Shown in pieces: positions 27,062-35,974 of a stretch of 64,000 nt of DNA. How positions within the stretch are numbered: position 1 is the first letter of the stretch; every line of letters begins with the position of its first letter. A program made the translations under genes and the position numbers. This DNA comes from Herminiimonas sp. GTDB lineage: Bacteria; Pseudomonadota; Gammaproteobacteria; Burkholderiales; Burkholderiaceae_D. The stretch lies in assembly GCA_043729515.1 (NCBI GenBank), contig JAYTLK010000259.1:1199-65198 (forward strand), read 5' to 3'. Below the pieces are notes generated by a model. That model saw nothing but the letters and a program-made list of their open reading frames with translations, did not search any database and was not told where the DNA came from.

Positions 27062-29848
27062 ATGCACATGACTCGTTTTCGCCTGCACGCGTTTTTCCTC
27101 TCATTGATCACCTGGCTTGCCATCGCCTTACCTGTGGCAAGCCAGGCGGCGCCGCCGGTACCGGTGATGCGCCTGGGAGATGCCGTGCGCCCCTTGGCTT
27201 ATCGTCTCGCTCTGACCCTCGAACCTGAAAGACAAGGTTTCGACGGCCGTATCACGATCGATCTGGAGATTGCCGGCAGCCGGGATTTCTTCTGGCTGAA
27301 CGGCCAGCAGTTGGAGATTCGCAGCGCTGTCCTGACGCAAGCAGGAAAGGCGCATGCGGCCCAGGTATCGACCGGCGGCACCGATTTCATCGGTCTGCAG
27401 TTCGGTCAGCCGCTGGCGAGCGGCCCGGCGCAACTCGTCATCGACTACACCGGAACCTTCGAGACCAACAACACCCGCGGCCTGTTCCGCCAGCAGGACG
27501 GCGGAGACTGGTATGCCCTGAGCCAGTTCGAAGCCACCAGCGCCCGCCGCGCTTTCCCCTGCTTCGACGAACCGCACTGGAAGACGCCCTGGACACTCGA
27601 CCTGACGGTGCGGCGTGAAGTCACTGCGGTCTCCAACATGCCGGCGGTATCGGAAGAACCACGTGAAGCCGGCATGAAGACGGTCCATTTTGCGCCGACA
27701 GCGCCCCTGCCAAGTTATCTCGTTGCGCTCGGCGTCGGCCCGTTTGATATTGTCGACGGCGGCGTGGCCGGCATGAATGGCACGCACCTGCGCTACATCA
27801 CACCGAAGGGCAGAGGCGCCGAAGCCCGGTATGCCGCCAGCGTCACGCCGCGCATCCTCAGCCTGCTCGAAACCTATTTCGGCCGTCCCTATCCGTTCGC
27901 GAAACTTGACAGCATGGTCATCCCGGTGACGGTCAATTTCGGCGCCATGGAAAACGTCGGGCTGATCACCTATCGCGCGACCCTGATGCTGGCCAAGCCG
28001 GGCCAGGAAGACGACCGCTTCAAGCAGGCCTACGCCAGCGTCGCCGCCCATGAAATCGCCCATCAGTGGTTCGGCGACCTGGTGACGATGCGCTGGTGGA
28101 CCGATGTCTGGCTCAACGAATCCTTTGCCACCTGGATGGCCCGAAAAACCATGGAGCAGTTCAATCCTGCCTGGGACAATAATGGCGCCCGCGAGCGCGA
28201 GCGCCAGATCGCGATGCAGGTCGACCGCCTGCAATCGACTCGGCAGGTGCGGCAGCCGGTCGAGGTACCGGACGATCTCGGCAACGCATTCGACAGCATT
28301 ACCTACGACAAGGGCGGCGCCGTGCTCGGCATGTTCGAATCCTATCTTGGCGAGGTCGGCTTCCGCGACGGTGTGCGGCGTTACCTGAAGCGCCATGAAT
28401 ACGGCAATGCATCGGCCGAGGATTTTTTTGCAGCGATGGCGGAGAGCGATCCGCAGGTCGGCGCCGGGTTGGCAAGTTTCGTCAGCCAGCCGGGCCTGCC
28501 GCGGGTGAGCGCAACGCTGGAGTGCACGTCGCAGCCGGCAGTACGCCTGTCGCAAGAGCGATTCATTGCCGGCAAAACCGGAACGTCTGACCTGGCATTC
28601 GTTCCCGGATCGATTCAGGCAGGTGCATCGAAAACGACATTGATCCCGTTGCCAACTGCAGTGCCGGAAAATGGTGTGTCATCAAGAATGGCCGTCCCGT
28701 CGCAGGGCACCGCGCTGGCTTCCCAATCCTGGACCGTTCCGGTATGCGTTCGCTATCCGATCCCTGGCGGCAGCAAGCAGCTCTGCACCTTGCTGGATCG
28801 GCAAACCATGCTCGTACCGCTGACGGAAACGCCGTCCTGCCCTGCCTGGCTCCTGCCGAACCCGGGTGGGGTGGGGTATTTTCTGAGCGACATGGACGCG
28901 CGTGCGGTGCCCATGCTGGCAAAGGCACCACTGACAGCGGCGGAACGCGTTGCCTTGGCAGGCGACATCTCGCTGCAAATGCGCTCGGCTGCATTTCCCG
29001 CCGACCAGGCTTTCCGGTTGGTCGAGAGCGAGATCGACGATCCCGACCCCGAAGTCGCCCTGGCCGCGGTTAACATCGTGCGTGCGCTGAACACCGCCGT
29101 GCTGGCCCAATCGGATCGCGGGCAGTTCGCCGCCTGGATCGACCGTCATTTCAGCCAGCGTGCAATGGCACTGGGATGGCTGCCGCGTGACGGTGAATCA
29201 GACGCCACCCGCAAGTTGCGCTCCGCCTTGCTGCCTGTCGCCGCCCGACTCGGCCGGCAGCCAGCCCTGCGTGCCGAAGCCGCGGCGCTGGCGCAGGACT
29301 GGACCGTGCGTCAGGATGGCAGCCGCCTTGGCACCATGCTCGATCCGGTACTGGAGACGGCAGCGTTCGATGGCAATGCGCAGCTGCATCAGGCACTGAT
29401 CGACGTCGCGGCAAATTCAACAGATCGCCGGGTCCGTGGCAGCGCCTTTGCCGCGCTGGGCATGTTTTCCGACGAGCGCCTGCGCAAGGAAGCATTTTCG
29501 GTCCTGCTGGCGAATCGCTTCGACATGCGAGAAGCAAGCAACCTGATGCAGACTGCTGCCAGCGATCCGATGCAGGCGCAGGCACTGCAAGAGTTCGTGC
29601 AGGCCAATTTCGATGTGATCGCAGCGCGTTCACCTTCCGAAACCATTGGCCGCCTGCCGCGATATGGCGTGTTGCTGTGTACGCCCGCGCAGCGCGACAC
29701 CTTCCAGGCGTTTTATCGTCAACGCGTCGCCACCTTGGCCGGCGGGCCGCGTAACCTGGCGCAAGCGGTTGAGGCGATTGACCTGTGTATTGCCAGTCGT
29801 CCGGCACAACAGATGCAGTTATCGCGTTTTCTTGTACCTGCCCGATAG
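27062..29848 (+). CDS. secreted M1-family zinc aminopeptidase (aminopeptidase N-like)
   Basis: GAMEN exopeptidase motif (FGAMENVG) and HEIAHQWFGDLVTMRWWTDVWLNESFA (HExxH-x18-E). N-terminal signal peptide ...LAIALPVASQA. 928 aa. Confidence 0.9.
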   Translation: MHMTRFRLHAFFLSLITWLAIALPVASQAAPPVPVMRLGDAVRPLAYRLALTLEPERQGFDGRITIDLEIAGSRDFFWLNGQQLEIRSAVLTQAGKAHAAQVSTGGTDFIGLQFGQPLASGPAQLVIDYTGTFETNNTRGLFRQQDGGDWYALSQFEATSARRAFPCFDEPHWKTPWTLDLTVRREVTAVSNMPAVSEEPREAGMKTVHFAPTAPLPSYLVALGVGPFDIVDGGVAGMNGTHLRYITPKGRGAEARYAASVTPRILSLLETYFGRPYPFAKLDSMVIPVTVNFGAMENVGLITYRATLMLAKPGQEDDRFKQAYASVAAHEIAHQWFGDLVTMRWWTDVWLNESFATWMARKTMEQFNPAWDNNGARERERQIAMQVDRLQSTRQVRQPVEVPDDLGNAFDSITYDKGGAVLGMFESYLGEVGFRDGVRRYLKRHEYGNASAEDFFAAMAESDPQVGAGLASFVSQPGLPRVSATLECTSQPAVRLSQERFIAGKTGTSDLAFVPGSIQAGASKTTLIPLPTAVPENGVSSRMAVPSQGTALASQSWTVPVCVRYPIPGGSKQLCTLLDRQTMLVPLTETPSCPAWLLPNPGGVGYFLSDMDARAVPMLAKAPLTAAERVALAGDISLQMRSAAFPADQAFRLVESEIDDPDPEVALAAVNIVRALNTAVLAQSDRGQFAAWIDRHFSQRAMALGWLPRDGESDATRKLRSALLPVAARLGRQPALRAEAAALAQDWTVRQDGSRLGTMLDPVLETAAFDGNAQLHQALIDVAANSTDRRVRGSAFAALGMFSDERLRKEAFSVLLANRFDMREASNLMQTAASDPMQAQALQEFVQANFDVIAARSPSETIGRLPRYGVLLCTPAQRDTFQAFYRQRVATLAGGPRNLAQAVEAIDLCIASRPAQQMQLSRFLVPAR

Positions 29849-30036
29849 CGATCGATTGCGGCGCATCGTCGTATGGCGTGTCTGTGCCCCACAACGGCTC
29901 GCCCGTTGAGGGGTCTCAATTCAGTTCGCCGGACTACTGCAAGACTGATGGCACCTGACTCAGGCAGCATGCAACGCGGATCCCGACATGGAATCGCGAT
30001 TGCACCCGCGTCGCCACCCTTCGCACGGAGAACCCC

Positions 30037-30915
30037 ATGCCTGACCCGCTGTCGCCCTTGTTCGACATTTACCGCACACATCTCGACGCCTGTTGCCGCA
30101 TCACTGGCGCGGTCCTGTCCGGAACAGAAAAAATTGAGCGCATGTTTCTGGAAACTGCGCAGCGCGCCGTTGATGAACATTATCGATTTCTCCACGCGTT
30201 CGGCAATACACGTGGCTTTCAGAACTGGATGCGCCTGCAAGCCGACTTCTGGTCTGAAAAACCTGACCAAATCCAACAATTCCAGCAAGGCTACCTGTGC
30301 ATCCATGCAGAGCGCCAGAATGAAATCGGCCGCACGATCCAGACATTGATGGAACAGTTCAAAAACAGTATGCGGCAGGCACTACCGAACATGCCGCGTC
30401 CGACGGCTGCGTCAATGAATGCCCGTACTGCGGCCAGCAATCCTTTCATCTCGATGACGTCAGCCTGGCAGGCAGCGTTTCATAGCGCATCCCGGCCTGG
30501 CATTTCGGTCAGTACCGTTCATGATGCTGTCGACAGCGCCCACAGGGCAAGCGACATCGCGAGATCAGAGTGCCGCGCGGAAAATATCCAACCGGTGGTC
30601 TTCAGTCCGGCAAGCGATGACGTCAATGACTTGTCGGAACGATTGAGCGAAAACGATCCCAATCAGCGGGTGAGCGAGGTAGCCGGAGAAATGGCCAATG
30701 AATCGGCCAATGAATCGACCAATGAATCGGTGAATGCAACAAGGACCAATGACACCGTGAGCATCGAAGGCGGGAACGGTAGCAGACACACAAGCGCAAA
30801 CGCAAACGCAAACGCAAACGCAAACGCAAACGCAAACGCAAACGCAAACGCAAACGCAAACGGACACGGACACGGAAACGGTAGTCGACGCGCCCGAGTA
30901 TCGCGGCGGGTGTAG
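30037..30915 (+). CDS. phasin-family-like protein with Asn-rich repetitive C-terminus
   Basis: The N-terminal 120 aa or so (EKIERMFLETAQRAVDE...FQNWMRLQADFWSEKPDQIQQFQQGY) has the helical pattern of Phasin_2 proteins. ggag RBS. The C-terminus contains ANES/ANES/TNES and (AN)11-GHGHGN repeats. Confidence 0.55.
   Translation: MPDPLSPLFDIYRTHLDACCRITGAVLSGTEKIERMFLETAQRAVDEHYRFLHAFGNTRGFQNWMRLQADFWSEKPDQIQQFQQGYLCIHAERQNEIGRTIQTLMEQFKNSMRQALPNMPRPTAASMNARTAASNPFISMTSAWQAAFHSASRPGISVSTVHDAVDSAHRASDIARSECRAENIQPVVFSPASDDVNDLSERLSENDPNQRVSEVAGEMANESANESTNESVNATRTNDTVSIEGGNGSRHTSANANANANANANANANANANANGHGHGNGSRRARVSRRV
30694..30729 (+). repeat. 12-bp tandem repeat x3 (RCCAATGAATCG), in frame
   Basis: gccaatgaatcg gccaatgaatcg accaatgaatcg, encoding ANES-ANES-TNES. 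Confidence 0.9.
30796..30861 (+). repeat. Hexanucleotide microsatellite (GCAAAC)x11, in frame
   Basis: 66 nt of perfect GCAAAC repeats encoding (Ala-Asn)11, followed by GGACAC GGACAC GGAAAC (GH-GH-GN) at 30862-30879. Confidence 0.95.
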
Positions 30916-30986
30916 ACGAAAAGGCGTTGTCGGTGGTGTACCGGTGACCTCGCCGTCAGGAAAAGCTGGTGGAGCACATTCCCAGG

Positions 30987-31011
30987 CGACGGCAGAACGA
31001 ATCTGCCGTCG
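30987..31011. terminator. Hairpin between the convergent phasin-like and Crp-family genes
   Basis: Perfect 10-bp stem cgacggcaga / tctgccgtcg with loop acgaa. There is no clear U-tract on either strand, so its terminator function is tentative. Confidence 0.35.
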
Positions 31012-31021
31012 ACGTCTTACA

Positions 31022-31969
31022 TCAAGCGGAAATTAACTGTTCCGCAGCGGCAGCGGCAGCAGCAGCGTCTTCAGCATTCTTACGGGCGAGTTGCTTGGAT
31101 TTTTTCGAGGCGATCTGCTTGGCACGGGAGCTTGACGGCGGTAGCCTCCGCAGGGTTTTCAAGGCGTCCGGGTCCTTGATGCCGATTGAGCGTTGATCGA
31201 CACTGATCAGCCCGATTTCATTAAAGGCAGACAACGTTCTGCTGACGGTTTCCAAGGTCAGCCCAAGGTAGCTGCCTATTTCATGGCGCGTCATGCGCAG
31301 ATTGAACAGCTTGCTCGAATAACCCATCTCAGCGAACCGGTCGGACAGTGAGACAAGGAACCGTGCGACACGGGCTTCTGCACTCAGTGCACCGAGCATG
31401 CTCACCATTGCCTGCTCGCGTACCAGTTCACGACTCATGACGCTGTACATTGCATGTTCAAGCTCAACATGGGTCCTGCCAAGCGCAGTGAATTTCTTGA
31501 ACGGCAGAAGAATCAGGTCGCAGTTCGACAACGCAACTGCTTCGGATGCATAGCGCCGTGTATGAATTCCATCCACGCCGAACAGATCGCCCTTCATTGG
31601 AAAACTGAGTACTTGTTCATTTCCAAATTCGTCGATCAATACTGTCTTGAGAAATCCGGAATGAACGATGTAGAGCGTGTCGAAGGGTTGCCCGATGGTG
31701 TGAATCCGCTGGCCCGTCTTGAACTGCACATGCTGGAACAGCAATTCGTCGTCTGCCAGGTTTGATACTGCTGGTATGCGCAAGACATCGCACAACTCCC
31801 GCAGGTTCGACCAAAGTTTGCCCTGGCGCTGCCAGCCGGCCTCGAGCGAGGAAGCAAGCGGCTGTGTCGCATTTCCATTGGCGGCTGTGTTGCCGCTACC
31901 GTTGCTGTTTGTCGCGCCGGTCGTTGCCGTGACGTTGGAGCGGATGTCAGACATTTGTGTAGACAACAT
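31022..31969 (-). CDS. Crp/Fnr-family transcriptional regulator with N- and C-terminal low-complexity extensions
   Basis: cNMP-binding beta-barrel (LYIVHSGFLKTVLIDEFGNEQVLSF...GDLFGVDG) and HTH_Crp (MTRHEIGSYLGLTLETVSRTL). AGGAG sits directly against ATG 31975 but 6 nt before ATG 31969, so 31969 is preferred. There is no N-terminal Cys cluster, so it is not an Fnr-type O2 sensor. Confidence 0.8.
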   Translation of the reverse strand: MLSTQMSDIRSNVTATTGATNSNGSGNTAANGNATQPLASSLEAGWQRQGKLWSNLRELCDVLRIPAVSNLADDELLFQHVQFKTGQRIHTIGQPFDTLYIVHSGFLKTVLIDEFGNEQVLSFPMKGDLFGVDGIHTRRYASEAVALSNCDLILLPFKKFTALGRTHVELEHAMYSVMSRELVREQAMVSMLGALSAEARVARFLVSLSDRFAEMGYSSKLFNLRMTRHEIGSYLGLTLETVSRTLSAFNEIGLISVDQRSIGIKDPDALKTLRRLPPSSSRAKQIASKKSKQLARKNAEDAAAAAAAAEQLISA

Positions 31970-32507
31970 AGTCATCTCCTAATTTCATAAACGCATGTTC
32001 AATGAAGACTCATTTCCCGGAGATGCAGCCGCAGTATCGTTGTCCTCGCCTGCCCGATACTTGTTTTTTTCATCACTACTTCCAGAAAATGACAGATGGT
32101 GGCTACGTTCAATTCATGGATGGTTCCAGCAGGATCACTTGTTCGATGGAATGGTGCATGCCAAGTCGGAAATTTCCGACCCTGGAACAATCAGACCCGT
32201 GCGAGTTTACAAATTGAAGGGTAACGATGGATATGCACTTCAATGACGTTGAGTACCTTCTGTCATTCTTGAGATGCAAGTTATAAGTATGTCAACAGGG
32301 ATGTTTTAATACTATCGGGATCCGCTGAATCGCGGTGTAAGAAGCAACTGATTTTTATAAGAATAGTCCTAAAAAACAAAAGAAATAGACGATTCTGTTG
32401 CAGCGCCTCACAGTGGCTTCGCGAACCGAGGGGGTTTGATCTAGATTGAAATGTTCGTGACTTAATTTTGCTGGCGTAATGCTTCCATCAGGGAATGCGA
32501 TCGCGGC

Positions 32508-33152
32508 TCAGGTTTTCATCGGCGCGACCAGTCGGTATGCAATTGCATATTGAACGAGCTCGGCCAGGGAACCGAGTTCCATCTTTTGCAGAATGCGTGT
32601 CTTGTGGGTGCTGACCGTCTTCACGCTCAAATGCAGGGATGCGGCAATGTCGGTAATGGATTTGCCCGATACCAGCAGCGAAAAGACTTCGAATTCCCGG
32701 TTTGACAACTCCTTGTGCGGCAAGATGTCGGTCGTCGGCATGGCGTCGATGGCAAGCTGCTCTGCAACTGCCATGCTGATATATGGCCGTCCGGCGGCCA
32801 CTTTGCGTATTGCGCCGAGTAACTGCACGCCGGCGCTTTCCTTGGTCAGGTAGCCTCGTGCGCCGGCACGGATAGCCCGAACCGCGTATTGCTCCTCTTC
32901 ATGCATTGTCAATATCAGGATCGGGAGTTTCGGTGCAGTCTCTTTCAACTGACGGATCAGGTCGACACCGTTTTTGCCAGGCATCGACATATCGAGCAAC
33001 AACAGATCGAAGTCGCAACGTCGGGCCTGCGCCAGGGTTTCGAAGCCATCGACCGCTTCGCCAACGACGCTGATGTCGTCGGCAGTCTCGAGAATGCGTT
33101 TGAGTCCCTCTCGCATCAAGGTATGGTCGTCGGCGATCACGATTTTGATCAT
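32508..33152 (-). CDS. NarL/FixJ-family response regulator (receiver + LuxR-type HTH)
   Basis: MIKIVIADDHTLMREGL receiver. LSNREFEVFSLLVSGKSITDIAASLHLSVKTVSTHKTRI HTH. Start trimmed to ATG 33152. Confidence 0.88.
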   Translation of the reverse strand: MIKIVIADDHTLMREGLKRILETADDISVVGEAVDGFETLAQARRCDFDLLLLDMSMPGKNGVDLIRQLKETAPKLPILILTMHEEEQYAVRAIRAGARGYLTKESAGVQLLGAIRKVAAGRPYISMAVAEQLAIDAMPTTDILPHKELSNREFEVFSLLVSGKSITDIAASLHLSVKTVSTHKTRILQKMELGSLAELVQYAIAYRLVAPMKT

Positions 33153-33317
33153 CGCTTCAGTCTCGATGGCAGGCAGGGCGATCACGCGCAGGACGATGCG
33201 AGAACTGCTGCGGGAAGGATGTGCGATGCGACGTTTCGTTCGCGATGAACGCCGAAGGAACCTGCTCGCTGCGACCCGAGTTTCCAAGAGGGTCCACGTG
33301 CTGAGGCAACGGCCGGG

Positions 33318-34088
33318 TCACGCGCTTCGTTGCCGATGGCAGGGGATTGCAATCGTGATCGTCGTACCGGTTGCAGCTGTGGAATCAATGCGCATTTCGC
33401 CGCCCAGGGAGTCCACGCGGTCTCGCATCCAGGCAAGTCCGACCGAATCCGGCTTTTGCAGGTCGGCAGCGGCGCCGCCACAGCCGTTGTCGCTCACCAC
33501 GACCGCGATCCGGCCATCCTGGGCTGCGAGGAAGATGCGGACGGCGCGGGCGCGCGCGTGTCTGACACAGTTGTTCAGCGATTCCTGAAGGATACGATAG
33601 ACAGCTTGCTGCACCTGCATTGGCAGCGGCTCCGGGCGAAGCGCCATTTCAAGGCGGAATTCGACCGCATGACGCATCCGGAAATCGTGGACCAGCTGCG
33701 CGACTGCCTGCGCCAGTCCCTGTTCTTCCAGAACCCGCGGTGGTTGTTCTGCAATCACACGACGCACCGAGCTCATCATTGCGTCAACCAGCTGCTGCAG
33801 ATGATGAACGTGCTCGCGCGCCGTTACGTGGGCTGCGGTGGCGTTTTCCAAAAGCGCGAGATTGATTTTCATGGCGGCGAGAAGCTGCCCGAAATCATCG
33901 TGCATTTCCCTTGCAAGCAGACGGCGTTGCCGCGCTTTGTAGGTTTCAAGCAGGCTCAGGATCGCACCTCCCGAGCGGGCAGGCCGCATGCTGCGCCAAA
34001 GTGCAGGCCGGGGAAGGATTGCAGTATTCGGGTGCACAGGCGCCAGGTCTGGCAAAGAAAGCTTCAGGTTTGTCATGCTCCGAGTCAT
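33318..34088 (-). CDS. soluble HisKA_3-type histidine kinase with no recognisable sensor domain
   Basis: H-box LAREMHDDFGQLL about 70 aa from the N-terminus. HATPase (VSDNGCG...GLAWMRDRV). No predicted TM helix. Confidence 0.8.
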   Translation of the reverse strand: MTRSMTNLKLSLPDLAPVHPNTAILPRPALWRSMRPARSGGAILSLLETYKARQRRLLAREMHDDFGQLLAAMKINLALLENATAAHVTAREHVHHLQQLVDAMMSSVRRVIAEQPPRVLEEQGLAQAVAQLVHDFRMRHAVEFRLEMALRPEPLPMQVQQAVYRILQESLNNCVRHARARAVRIFLAAQDGRIAVVVSDNGCGGAAADLQKPDSVGLAWMRDRVDSLGGEMRIDSTAATGTTITIAIPCHRQRSA

Positions 34089-34528
34089 TGCAGTTTGCTT
34101 GACGCACCACTGATAACAGTGTCGGTGCGGTCACCATTATAAAGAACACATTGACTATCGGTTACATTTTTGCCAATTATTGATCATTCAGTCAGGGTCT
34201 CTGCTATCTATTGAAAAATAACAATTAATTCACAAGCATTTTCTTTATTGCTCAAAGTTATCTTCCGAAGTCATCTTCATGTTCAGCCTTGGCGCTGCTG
34301 CATCAATGTACAATAATGCAACACCTGCGCCACGACCAGTCCGGGGGCTTGGCCTGCGTCAAGCCTTTCTCGACATCCAGTGTATGGCCTTTAAGCGGTC
34401 TAGATAACATAATATAAAGCCATCAATCGTGGTGCGTCATGACGACGTGCCGCTAAGTTTGGACAACATGGACAACGCCGCTCCGGCTTGCTTGTCATCC
34501 CATAAAAAATTAACAAGGAGAACCGGAA

Positions 34529-35854
34529 ATGGCGAAAAAGCCGCTGTACCAATCCCTTTATTTCCAGGTGTTACTGGCGATTCTCGTCGGCGTGATCGTT
34601 GGGCACTTCTATCCCCAGACCGGGGTTGCTTTGAAACCCCTGGGCGATGGCTTCATCAAGCTGATCAAGATGATCATCACCCCGATCATCTTCTGCACCG
34701 TGGTCATTGGTATTGCAGGCATGGAGGACATGAAAAAAGTAGGGAAGACAGGCGGTCTGGCGCTGCTCTATTTTGAAGTGGTCAGTTCGCTCGCATTGGT
34801 TGTCGGTCTGGTGATCGTCAACCTGGTGCAACCGGGAGTCGGCATGAATGTCGACGCCAACACACTGAATACGAAGGATATTGCCGCCTTCACCGGTCCC
34901 GGGAAAATGCAGACCACGACCGACTTCCTGTTGAACATCATCCCGAGCAGCGTCGTCGATGCATTTGCGAAAGGCGAGATCCTGCAGGTGCTGCTGTTCT
35001 CGATCATGTTCGGCTTTGCCCTGCATCGATTCGGCGGACGCGGAACGCTGGTGTTCGATCTGATCGAGAAGATGTCTCATGTCCTGTTTGCGATCGTCGG
35101 TTTCATCATGAAAGTCGCACCGATCGGTGCCTTTGGCGCCATGGCATTCACCATCGGAAAATACGGCGTCGGCTCGCTTGCCAACATGGCGCAGCTCATG
35201 GGCACGTTCTACGCAACCTGCTTGTTTTTCATCTTCGTCGTGCTGGGAACCATTGCGAAACTCCACGGATTCAGCATCTGGAAATTCATCAAGTACATCA
35301 AGGAGGAATTGCTGATCGTCCTCGGCACCTCGTCATCCGAATCGGTCCTGCCGCGCATGATGGTAAAAATGGAAAATCTCGGCGTGCGCAAATCGGTCGT
35401 GGGGTTGGTTATTCCCACCGGATATTCTTTCAACCTGGATGGCACCTCGATCTACCTGACCATGGCTGCGATCTTCATTGCGCAGGCAACGAATACACCA
35501 ATGACACTGTTGCAACAATTGACGTTGCTGGCAGTGCTGTTGTTGACGTCGAAGGGTGCAGCTGGCGTCACTGGAAGCGGATTCATTGTCTTGGCAGCAA
35601 CCTTGTCAGCCGTCGGCGGTGTGCCGGTCGCTGGACTCGCACTGATTCTGGGCATCGACCGGTTCATGTCCGAAGCACGCGCCTTGACGAATTTGATTGG
35701 CAATGGCGTGGCTACCATTGTCGTCGGCAAATGGACCAACGAGCTCGATACCGTGCGCTTGCGGCGGGAATTGAACAACGAGACCGTGCTCGACGCCCAA
35801 GAGCCGGAGAAAGTGCTGGACCGGACAAATGCCCGGATGCCTGTGACTCGGTAA
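34529..35854 (+). CDS. dctA: C4-dicarboxylate:cation symporter
   Basis: [30 protein letters not shown]-terminus and overall DAACS-family sequence. aaggag RBS. Confidence 0.9.
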   Translation: MAKKPLYQSLYFQVLLAILVGVIVGHFYPQTGVALKPLGDGFIKLIKMIITPIIFCTVVIGIAGMEDMKKVGKTGGLALLYFEVVSSLALVVGLVIVNLVQPGVGMNVDANTLNTKDIAAFTGPGKMQTTTDFLLNIIPSSVVDAFAKGEILQVLLFSIMFGFALHRFGGRGTLVFDLIEKMSHVLFAIVGFIMKVAPIGAFGAMAFTIGKYGVGSLANMAQLMGTFYATCLFFIFVVLGTIAKLHGFSIWKFIKYIKEELLIVLGTSSSESVLPRMMVKMENLGVRKSVVGLVIPTGYSFNLDGTSIYLTMAAIFIAQATNTPMTLLQQLTLLAVLLLTSKGAAGVTGSGFIVLAATLSAVGGVPVAGLALILGIDRFMSEARALTNLIGNGVATIVVGKWTNELDTVRLRRELNNETVLDAQEPEKVLDRTNARMPVTR

Positions 35855-35867
35855 GCGGTTGGGGCAC

Positions 35868-35899
35868 AAAAAAAACTGCAAGCAATTGCAGTTTTTTTT
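35868..35899. terminator. Bidirectional rho-independent terminator between the convergent dctA and aminotransferase genes
   Basis: A8-CTGCAA-gcaa-TTGCAG-T8: a perfect palindrome with a U-tract on both strands. Confidence 0.85.
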
Positions 35900-35974
35900 C
35901 TACCAAGATTTCAAGGGTCGGTCTTGGACAAAAAGCGGACCGATTGGTCCGCTTCGAGATGTCGGCAACGCGAT

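Noticed and set aside
29905-29935. Hairpin-like sequence after the M1 aminopeptidase gene (cccacaacgg...ccgttgaggg)
   Set aside because: The stem has a mismatch and no following T-tract, so there is not enough support to call a terminator.
30796-30879. Whether the GCAAAC/GGACAC repeat tract could be a CRISPR array or a phase-variation off-switch
   Set aside because: The units are 6 bp with no spacers and lie inside a coding frame. Unit length is a multiple of 3, so slippage cannot frameshift the gene. This is a length polymorphism only.
31995-32246. Small ORFs (83 and 71 aa plus-strand, 63 aa minus-strand) in the AT-rich spacer between the Crp-family and NarL-type genes
   Set aside because: They overlap one another and have no RBS, no homology I can recognise, and atypical composition. 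I treat the region as non-coding or regulatory.
32436-32450. TTGATCTAGATTGAA, which resembles an Fnr/Crp half-site arrangement
   Set aside because: The second half is ATTGA, not ATCAA, so the element is not a TTGAT-N4-ATCAA palindrome. Only the central TCTAGA is symmetric.
34458-34500. Possible sigma-54 (-24/-12) promoter upstream of dctA (TGGACA... elements)
   Set aside because: When aligned to TGGCAC-N5-TTGC, the GC dinucleotide falls at the wrong spacing in both candidate registers.
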